A stretch of DNA of 64,000 nt from Chlorokybus atmophyticus (lineage: Eukaryota; Plantae; Mesostigma and Chlorokybus algae), in contig RHPI01003330.1 in NCBI GenBank assembly GCA_009103225.1, positions 586,730-650,729 of the forward strand. The letters run 5' to 3'. Position numbers and translations under genes: made by a program. Below, one piece after another: positions 1 through 10,400 of the stretch. Each line of letters begins with the position of its first letter. Positions within the stretch are counted from its first letter, which is position 1. The notes beneath the pieces were generated by a model, which saw only the letters and a program-made list of their open reading frames with translations, was not told where the DNA came from and did not search any database.

Positions 1-63
1 TATACTCATTGTTGGTGAAGAAGCTTTGTTCAAGTCTCTCACATTTGAGCTTTGTACCTTCAG

Positions 64-3000
64 GTTGTCGCTGCTGCTGCAGCAGCGTGAGCAGGAGGTT
101 GCCAGCTTGCGGGAGCAGAGGCTGCACATGCTTGAAGCAAAGGCATGACCTTGCGCTGTGTTGGTCAATATAAGAACTTCTTGACTGCTTTCACCGTAAC
201 ACTGCTGCACTGTTTAAGTGAATATGTGTACTTGCAGATATGGGAAAAAGATGCAGAGCTCGCCGCAGTCCAAAACCAGCTGGCACAGCTCAAAGACGAC
301 TTTCAGGTGGGGTTAATTTAGGTGATCACGCCAGCGCGCACAATGAGTTGGCTGTTCAGTACTTGTGCACTTTGCTTGCAGCAACTCTTTTTGGTGCTGT
401 GCAGTACAACTTGAAGCTTTTGGATGAGCGAGATGCTGAGCTACAGCAGTATGACGCTTTATTCCTGGCACTCCAGGTAATTCAGCTTGTGCATTCATTT
501 GTACCCACACGCACACACGCACGCACGTGCACAAGCACACTCGCACCCACAACTTATGCACCCATGCAGAAGGCAGCCAACAATAATGAAACGCTGCTGG
601 CTGAAGCGCAAACCCAGCTTGCGGCAGCACAAGCGCATGTCAAGCAGGTACAGTCAGTTGCATATGCGGCAATGTAATCAGCAGTACTGCTGCTCTAAAG
701 AGCTATGCATGAGCAGGAGCAAGGCAGGTTGCGCGACCTTGAGGTGCACTACCAGCAGAAGCTTGTGGATCTCACTGACCAGGTGTGTGCGTGCATGCTT
801 TCCTGCGTGTGTAGTCATATGCGTGTATGTGCATTTCTGTGTGCGCACGCGTGCATGCGTGTGAGTGTGCGCACGCACATGCTTACATGCACGTACGAAT
901 GTGTGCGATGCTCTCATTGTGCAAGCAGATGCCTGTGTGCACTGCGTGTCTTGGTTAGCATTGGTCCTTCTTGGGCAGTTGTCACCTTCATACTTCTGTT
1001 CATGTCCCTCAGGTGGAGGCACAGCGATTTATACAAGATGAAGCTCTGCGCAGGCAGAAGGAGCAGTTTGAGGAAGTCAAGCGAGGTGTGTTAGTAGAGC
1101 CCTGACAGTAAGCACTATTACTGCATCAAAAGAGTTGATTGATATATCAGAACACTATTACAGGCTTGTTGCGCCAGCTGGCGGCCAAAGAGGAGGAGCT
1201 TGAGCGACAGCAGCACGTGCTGCTCAACAACTGTGATGAAGCTTTGAGACAAAAGGAGGCAGAGTATGAGGTGCGTTGATTGAGCAGTTGGCGCGCCAGC
1301 TCTCTGCAATTGGTATGTACCAAGAGAATCAACAACTATTGTGCTGCAGCGGCGCTGGCATGAGTTGGAGGCGACTGCGCTTGAATGCGAGCAGAAAGCC
1401 AACCAGATGGTAAGCAACACAGCTGATTGCAACGAGTGTTGCATGCCATACAGAGCAACATCAAGCACTTTGCGTTTGGCTGTGAAGTAGTAGCAATTGT
1501 TGCATGCTCATGGCTCTTCGAGGGTACACATGAATTTTGACATAGACTTGTGGTTGTTGTGCCAGCTGCGTGAGATGGAAGCAACCAAGCATGCCGAGTC
1601 TCAGCAGCGAGAACAGGCGGAGCATGCCAAGGCTGCTCTGTTGGCCAAGGAGCACGAGCTCACAGTAAGTTGCTTGATGTTTTCTGTCCTGCAAGCAGTC
1701 TCATGGCCTGTTGACTCCAACACGCATGAGGGCAAGTGTGTTATGACTATTCAGGCTGTGAAGAGGGAGCTCGAGAACACAAAGCACACGAAGGATGCTG
1801 CGGTGACTGATCTTGTCCACGCCAAAGAGGATGCGCAGCGCGCTCTGCAGCAGCTGCGCGAAGAGTACAAGTCCAAGTTGACGCTAGCGGTACCATGTTC
1901 ATCCGCAATGCATGCAACAATTGGTTCATTGTTGCGCGTGTTTGTTGTTTATGTGTATTGTTGCAAGCAGAAGGAGGAGTGCATTGCAATGTCACAAGCG
2001 TCGCAGATACTTAAGGACGATTACGAAGTTGCATTACGCCGCCAGGTAAAGCAACTTTTTAGTTAGATGTTGATGTCACGATGGCGTAGCTAATGGCATT
2101 TGCACCGTACGAGCTGTGTCACTCAATCAATGCGGCCACGAACATGCAATAACAGTTGCTTAGGCCTGACTCTTTCGTGCATGCGTTGTTCACCTGAGCT
2201 GTGCTGATCTCTCCTGTTGGGATAACAACAGGAGAGGTTGCATGCTGAGGCAATCGCCGCATGTCAAGCTCGCACGCAGAGCGTCTTGGATCGACAGGCC
2301 TCGGCGGAAGCAAGCCTTCATGAGCGCATGATGGGTTATAGAAAGCAGGTGCGTGTTCATGACTCCTGTGACGACGATCACCATATCTGTTCGAGTTTTA
2401 GCCAGCACGAATGGCAGATACTTGCTCTGGAGTCGCGGGTGGATGATTTTGTCGCTGAGTGGGAGACGATGACACGAAACTGCCATCAGAAGCTTGAAGT
2501 TATAACAATGTCACATGAGCAACAGCTGCAGGTACTGTCACAGCCTTGTACACTGTGTGTACTCTGCAAGTTGATTGCGCTGTTGGCGGTTAATTCTGTC
2601 ATTGCATGAAATGTAGGAGCTGCAGCAAGATGGAAAAGACCGGGAAGTGCAGTTGTCCATTGCCACGCATGATGTGCAGCAGCTGAAGGTATTTACTGAG
2701 TGATGACGATGTATCAAGTCCTGCGTGTAATGAGAAACAAGTTAACACGCACTCAGTGATGGTCAATATTGTTAACTCTGAGCTGCCGGTTGAAGAGCAC
2801 ACATCTTGGTTATTGATCAATCGATGCCGTTGTTACATTGCAGGAAGCCCTGCGTCAAGCTGAGGGTCAAGCCATGAAGTATAAGAAACAAGCACTTCAG
2901 CTGCAGCAGGTAGGCCGAACAACTTGTTGTTTGCGGCCAGTGTCAATCTTCAGTACAATACTGAAGATCAAACGGCTTTCCAGGCCACGGAAGCCAAAGA

Positions 3001-5537
3001 CAGTGAAAAGCAAGCTTTGCGCACGGTGCAGCAGCAGAAAGAGCAGCTGGCCCTTGGCATGGAGGAGCTGCAGGTTCAGCTGCGCATGGAGCAACTGCGA
3101 TGCCAGGAACTCCACCAGCAGTTGACTTTGAAGGTGAATCCCAGCTGCATGACAACCTGAGTATTTTCTTCACCATAAGTACTGCTTGCATTTTGCCATT
3201 CACAACACAAGCTGTTGTAGGTTCTTCCTTTTCGATAGCAATGTAATTTGCATTGCAGAACACTTTGCTGTCAGTTGTGGTGTTCTTATCCCAGTCATGA
3301 ATGCTCAAACATGTGAATATTGTAATACAGGAATCAGAGCTGGAGACGTATCGACAGCTTGCGCGCATGCTAGAGATGGAAAAGGCGGGGAGGAGGTTGC
3401 CGCGGTTGCGCATCCCGGAGACGCCGGTGCTGGGAGGAGTTCAAGACCACGCTGGCAGCGTCGTGTCCTCCCCGCTGCCGATGTTCTCGCCGCTGCCGCA
3501 GATGTCACTTACATCTCCCGCTGCGCCCCAGTCACCCCTGCGCCCTGCCAACATGCAACCATCAGGTAAGTTGTTGTTGTGAGTGTCTTGGCCAACAAAG
3601 TACTGGTGGGCATTTGTCAACGTGCTGTGCAGGACTCTTTCACATGCTTGAGTCGTTGAGTTGGTTAATGCATTCTGGCCTACAGGTGATAAGATGCAAT
3701 ACTCGCAACAGCTGGAGGCGCAGAACGAGCGTCTGAGGTCGATTATAGGTCATTCTCTTTACCATTGCTATCATGCACACCGAATCAGCATGCTTACTCC
3801 CAGCAAGTTTCCACACTGTACACACTGTGCATGTGCAGCGGACATGCGCCAGCAGATGGAAGCGCTTCAGACTGCAGCAAGCCAAACACCAAGCACTGTT
3901 CTGCAGAGGTGCAGAGGCACAGACTAAAAATAGTGCACATGCATGCATGCATGCATGCATGTGTGTGCGTGCGCACGTGCGTGGGTCATTGCGCCTTGAC
4001 AGTGTGTGCCGTAGGGCGTTGCAAGACGAGTGTACAGCGCTTGGTGCCGATCTGGAGCGCGCGCAGCAGCACATCGCAATCCTGCAGCGTCAGCTCAGTG
4101 CCAAAGCTGCCGACTCACAGGCCGGTCCCGATCTCATGGAAGAACTGGCATTCCTGCGTGAGCAGATTGCTGTGTTGTCTGCCAACAACACCCGCATGCG
4201 CCGACAGGTAACTGGAGAAGGTTTACTGTTATTACCATAAGCAACATGTGTGCTCACCTTGTCTCTGTGTCGCAGCTTGCAGATGCTGAGTTGGAGCTAA
4301 TTGAGCTGGAAGAGAGCGACAAGCGGACTGCATCAAACATGGACGGCAGCCAAAGTGTCATGGTAGAGCGTGATAGTCGTTTGATGTTGGTTCTTGAAGT
4401 TAGTCTGTTTGGTTGCATCCGTGACATTGTTATGTGGGCTTTAACAGGACACACAACTACAGCTCCAGGACCAAGTGAGTTTACTGCAGCGTGAGATTAC
4501 GGCGTTGCGGGCGCTTGGTGCTGCATCCCAAAGCGGGCCAGCAATGGCAGGGTACAACAGTTTGAACACCACCGGACAGATCTGTTAACGGCTGCGTGCA
4601 GTTGACATTGCATGTTACTGCAAACAGCGACGAGTCGCAGTATCATGATTGTTTCTGCACTGCAGGGACGTGAGGGTGCTGCAAGCGGAAGTGATGTCTC
4701 TGTGCGAGGAGCGGGACGAGCTGATGGACCTAAGTAGTGCTTTGCACGCAGACTTGTACAGGTGGGGTTGCATGCCGTGTCATCATGCAGTACACACTCG
4801 CTAAGTCTTTGGAATTGCTTTGTGCCGCTTGTGGAGAAGCATCGTTCAAGGTGTATGCTCAAGTATATGTATGCTGATTGCTGTACAGGTTGCAGGAACA
4901 GCTGAACCATTACAAGGGGCTAAGTGCAGCAAAGGTACCTGGTCAATCTGTAGCACACTTGTTGCCATGCTTGCTGCAATGGGCGAGAACCAATCGTGGT
5001 CATTAACATCATATTCTGGTACAGTTAGAGGTGGATACAGGCGGACAGCATCAACAGCCAGCTCAAATACAGCAGCCAACAGCACAGCAACAATCTTCTC
5101 ACATTTCATCCGGCCACCATCTTCCTTCATCCCAACCTGCCGTGCCCATGACAAGAAGGAGCCGCACGCAGATGCCAGAGCACTCGGCAGAATGGTGCGA
5201 TGCATGCATGTATATGCGTGCGTGGGTTATATGCAATGTTGTTTCTGAACTCGCAATGTGTGCAGGCGGCAAGCTGAAAGCGAGCGGCTGCGGGTGATGG
5301 GTAGCGCTGCCGCGATGCAGCAAGAGCGCACAACTGCGCCGGTTGCAGTGCATAAGGTACACGCCTGGTTTGATATTGTGTGATCCAAGCCAACTTCTTG
5401 GCCATCGTGGGGCTGGGGTTGAGTCTGCTTTGCTGGCACAGGGCACTGCCAGCCAGCTGGAGATGAAGCAGAGGGTCATGCAGAAGCGCCAAGAAGAAGC
5501 CGCTCGCAAAGTTCGAAACTACAACATGCGCGATTGA
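64..5537 (+). CDS. CCDC57: CCDC57-like coiled-coil centrosome/cilium protein (multi-exon, 5' end outside window)
   Basis: Spliced exons read LSLLLQQREQEVASLREQRLHMLEAK|IWEKDAELAAVQNQLAQLKDDFQ|YNLKLLDERDAELQQYDALF, then QNERLRSII|ADMRQQMEAL, and end KVRNYNMRD* (TGA 5535-5537). These match recalled human CCDC57 segments EDFVYNLQVLEERDLELERYDAAF, EQNTSLRNAIAQMRKEMEAL and the C-terminal KIRNYNIMD*. Confidence 0.8.
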
Positions 5538-6116
5538 GGAGCTTTGCAATGAAATGAGCTCATCACAGTCAACAACAGACGTGCAGACCTGCCGAATGGC
5601 TACTGGCCAGGTAAGTAATGCCTGCATGATCAGGTCATAGACTGCGTTGGGGGGGTGACGTTCCTTGGCTTGTGCATCTGGTGGCCACACACCACATGCG
5701 CACACGCACACGCAAATGAACACGCTGTGGTTGCTGCAGACTGCGCTGGCTTCCGCTATGCCCTGTGCAGTGGCCCGCGATGATCTACACGACATGGCTC
5801 GTACAAGATGTGGAGGCTGCCTTGTGCATGTTTTGTCAGGTTGCCATGTGCTAACATGGTATCATGCAGCATGACTGGTGTTACATCACGAGCTACTAGC
5901 AGAGCTGCTTTCCTCAGCACTTGCAATGTGACATGATTACAGCAAGGTCAGTGTGTTGCTTTATGCCTCTATGGTGGTGTGACAATGGCTAGGTGGTTGT
6001 CTGAATGGCTGTTTGCATTTACGGCAATAGGTGGTGGGTGGTATTCAATCCAAGCTGAGCGACTGGGCACACCGACTTGGGCAAGCTAGTTGGGTGGGAT
6101 CATCCCTGCGCAGTCA

Positions 6117-6844
6117 TCAGAACACGTAGTCCCAGTGTGGCAAGACATCAACCTTCCTGCTATTGTTGATATTCGCGTAGCGACAGAAACATATGTGCAC
6201 AGCACTTGCAATGCGCTTTTGCATGTTTGCAACCAACTTCTTGCGCCCCTTCTGGCGCTGTGCCTACTAGAGTGGTGCATCTTTCACAACAAGCCAAATT
6301 ATTGTGTGGGCATTGAGCTTGCGTATGCATGGTATGGTTCTTGAGCAACATGCACAAGTGAGCGGTGTGCATTGACCTAGAGTATGCGTACCCCAACTTG
6401 CATCGTGCACTTCAATGCACGCACTCAGCGTTTATGTCGGCATGCATGCTGTGCAAAACATAAAAGGCAACCCTTGCATCTGGCCAGGATATCATGTAGA
6501 GCGGTCAAGGTGTATATCCTGTGTGCAAAACAAGATTGGGCGCAACTGGGTGCTGCCGACTCTCACTGACTGCAATGCGCATCAGCTGGGTAGTCAGACG
6601 GCCCTTGGCTTCGCACCACTCTCAACTCATATGGCATCGTGCAAGGTACAGTGCTATGGATCCGCACCCCCTTTGGTGCCTGTTCACCGCAAAGGAGGAT
6701 GAGCCTCGCACATTTCTTGGGAGGGCACATGTCAAATCTGCTGCGTGTTTGCATGCATTGCACGCACCGCAACTCAGCAGAACAGTCGGCGAACACGCGA
6801 GAGCTTCCTAGTTCCCTCAACGCCTGGTCCGCCTTTGCTGGCAT
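6117..6844 (-). CDS. Hypothetical multi-exon gene (tentative)
   Basis: GT-AG-bounded pieces join in frame: MPAKADQALRELGSSRVFADCSAELR | RFDMCPPKKCARLILLCGEQAPKG | AQRQKGRKKLVANMQKRIASAVHICFCRYANINNSRKVDVLPHWDYVF*. No family recognised, and intermediate exons are uncertain. Confidence 0.3.
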
Positions 6845-7312
6845 TGGCGTGCACGCACTTGTGGTTACAGTATGCTTCACTTTGTAGGCAGGGACAAGCA
6901 ATCTCACTGCACTAAGTTCACACTGTATAGGCTTAATTGTAGCCCAGATGCACTAGTACCAAGCAAAAGCAATATCAAACCTCAAGCAAGACAGCAAGCA
7001 CAACAACAGCAAGAACTTCCGTAAGGCAGGGGCAATGCAAGACTACGTGCACTATTCGAGCATGCAAGTGGGGCGGAGGGAGGTGAGGCAGCAGCAGGCA
7101 GGCAGTAGGCTAACAGCAATGTATATCGAAATTGTTGTTGGGGTTCTGATGAATGAATACATTTCTTGCGGGCATTGAATCTCTGCAGACTGCAGAGACT
7201 ATGCCTAGGTGCGCACAAGGAAACACTGCAGACTGCAGTGTTTGCTTCTGCGCATGCGCACGTGCAGGCCTTGCGCATTGTGCATTGCATTGTGGTGGCA
7301 TGCGGGGCGGCN

Positions 7313-7389
7313 ATGCGTTTGCTAACCATCGGCTGTTGTTGCTTGCTTGCTTGGCCAGAAACAAAAAATTCAGAGACATTGTCTCGCGG
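7313..7389 (+). repeat. Exact 77-bp copy of 12102-12178 at a contig start (probable mate-pair chimera)
   Basis: ATGCGTTTGCTAACC...GTCTCGCGG is identical at both sites (offset 4789 bp) and begins immediately after the single N at 7312. Confidence 0.9.
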
Positions 7390-7402
7390 GGCGGCGGGGT
7401 GG

Positions 7403-7434
<32 letters not shown>

Positions 7435-10400
7435 TCTCTAGCAGAGTTACAGGCACGCGTGGCAGCGTGCTGGAGCGGCTATACGGGGAGGTCCTGCCGC
7501 TGGGGGAGTTTCTGCGCAAGCTGGTTGGCGAGGCGAAGGCGGAGGCGGGCGGAGGGGACGACCGCAATGACACCGTCACCCAGCTACTGAACGAGCTTGT
7601 CGACCATGACGGTGACCTGCCCGCCTATCGCCAGCTCCTCCGCAAGGCTAGAGCTTGCCCTGATCCGGCCAGGCCTCGCCTCAAGGCTGGCACACCACTC
7701 CAGCAGCACTCCACGCTGCGTCAGGTCAGGGCTTAAGTTTTTTGCACACAGCTTGATGTGTGCAAAATTTTCAAATGCATGCATGCTCTGCTCTGACTGG
7801 CATTGTGTTGTGTCTGTACACTGAATGGATCAGAGCATGATAGCGGTTTATGTCCCCAGCAGGTTCATTACAGAACCGTTGAGGCGTTGTTCAGACAAGA
7901 AGCGGAGCCCGCCAATGTTCTTTGCGTGGGCTTCCGCCGCGTACGTGTGTTTGTGCATGACTACAATGGCATGTGCAAGCTTGACCAAGTAGCGCACTTG
8001 TGCATGACATGGTTGTTGTACTAGCAGCGAAGGCCGGGTCGTGCTTCATTTGGCGAGGCGCAGCCGGTGCCCGGCATGCATTCCATCGAGCGCGTGTGCA
8101 AGACAATCAACGTGGACGCCTTGTGCTCCCCTGAGTGGAAATCCTTGCTCTCTCGGGTACGTGTCCAACTGTCATTAATAGACACGGTTTGTAGCATGTG
8201 AGTGGATCAACACGTATCAACATGTATCAACAGTTCAAGTGACTGTAGCAACAGTACAGCGTTGAGCTCGTGCCTTGTGCTTGACCTGTTTTTTTGTGCT
8301 CTTGTGATTGTATGTTACTTCTGCTGTGTTGTTCATTGTGGTACCTGAGTATTGTTCAGTAACTTGACACACAATGCAGGTTGGGGATGCTGTCATGCAG
8401 TATTTGGTGACTCAGGCGTCAATCTTCCTGCCATTGAACAATGGTTGTTACATGCAAGTGACGGGAGCTCCCATCGCCACTGTCGCTCAGCGCCTGCGCT
8501 CCACGCCAATGCCAACCACAGTGCAGCACAAGAAGCCACCCAAACTCGCGTACTCATGCCGCGAAGCACAACAACCAGCACCGAGGAAGCACATGGATGG
8601 CAATATCAACCTGCGCAAGAGACGGGCTTCACAGAGTATAGTAGACCTTCGCAATGAACACAACAACAAACGAACAAAATGTCTGCATCACACCACGCAT
8701 GCAATGGAGACGAACATGGGTGTTGATGCCAGTCCAGAGGCTGCCATTTCTCAGTGCATCACGGACATGACGCAGTCTGTGCCAGAGGATGAGGAGGTGG
8801 AGCAGGCGGTCACGCAGAAGCTGCCAAAGACTCCTCCTGAACAACAGCAACAACACAACAGCGCTGACATCAGCCCACGCGCGAAGCGGAAGCGGGCCGG
8901 GAGTCGTGCTCGCAAACGAGCCAAACACAAGTACGGCCAGCTCGTTAGTCTTGATGTACTTGACAACAGCAGGCCAAACATTCTGTTGACACGGCTGTTG
9001 TGCAGGCGCGAGGCGGCTGGACACCACAACCCTACTGCTGCCCGAGATGATGATGGCAATGATGACACTGCAGTACTTGATGAGGTAACTTCCTATAGTA
9101 TAGACCACACATGCCAAGCGTATGCAACACTTGCACAATGCTTGCACACTGCATACGCAACTCGATTCCAGAGGGTACCATCCAACAACATTTTCAACTC
9201 CCAGGACTGTCCGCTCCCTCTCTCACAAGACCTGCCTCACTCTCCTTGTGCTCCAACCGCGCATGACCCGATAGAGCTTTGTACTCAGCCCGAGCAATCA
9301 TCCCAAGCTAATACAATCAATCAACCAATGAAGAAGGAACCAGTTGTCAAGCCCAAATCCTCTGCCACACGTGCAACTGATATTGTCATCCCGCGCACGG
9401 GCATGTTGTACGCAGCATCCTTTTCAGCCAAGCCTGGGCTGCCAAGAAACCGTATCACCACAGCATGTATGCTACTGATCGCTCATGTTGGCTTGAAGCA
9501 CTTCGTGCACATGAGACTATTTTGTTGTGTGCCTTGACTGCGGCATCAAGATATACTCAATGGTGGCAGTAGTGATCAAGGGAGCAAAAAACTCTATGCA
9601 GCGATTTTTACTGCATCCTTGCCAACGGTTGGCACGTATGCTAAACAAGGCACCTATCGGCGTTCAACCATCAACATAATACAAGGTGCGACAACCAGGT
9701 GAGCGTCAGTATGTCCTGATTCCAGTGCTTGGCTCTTGTGTAACGTTTGTCTGCGCTATTCTTGTAGCGCGGCGCCAAAACCGCGCAATGCCAAGGTGCT
9801 GCCGCTGCTTGACAAGATGTTGTGTCGAGCAAAGAAATGCGCCTATGGGGCTCTATTGAAGCACCATTGCCCCATGCTGGAGACAGCATTCAACGGTGCT
9901 GACTCAACAGAGCCTACTGATGAAGCAAGTAACTCGCTGACTTGCTTGCCATGAGTACCAACACCTTGAAGGGCTCGCTTGCCATATAAATGTTCACGCA
10001 GGGGTATTGCACGCAAGATGACACCCCAGATGTTGAAGGGATGCAAGATGCGTCTGCGAGCAGTATCCCGTGCCATCCGCCTGTGGACACGCCTGTGCAA
10101 CGGCTTGTCGCCGCCTGCACACCATCTCAGAGTGTCGCGGCTTTCGTGTGTTCAGTTCTCAACTGCATCCTGCCACCTGAGGCAAGCCATGTTGGTATGG
10201 TGTTGAGCTGTTTACATTGCATTAACTGACTCTAGATGCATCAATCTCCATCACCATTGCGTGCTTTGCAGCTGCTTGGTAGTCAGCACAACAAGGGCAT
10301 CCTGTTCACAGCCGTTAGGCGGTTTGTTGCGCTGCGCCGCTTCGAACAGCTGAGCTTGCATCAGGTCATGCAAGGCCTCAAGGCAAGCTGCAACATCTGC

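Noticed and set aside
8204-8232. Short tandem repeats: (TATCAACA-like)x3 here, (CCACA)4 near 27590, (GCCTCCCA)x3 near 27911
   Set aside because: Low-copy slippage repeats without spacers; not CRISPR-like and with no evident function.
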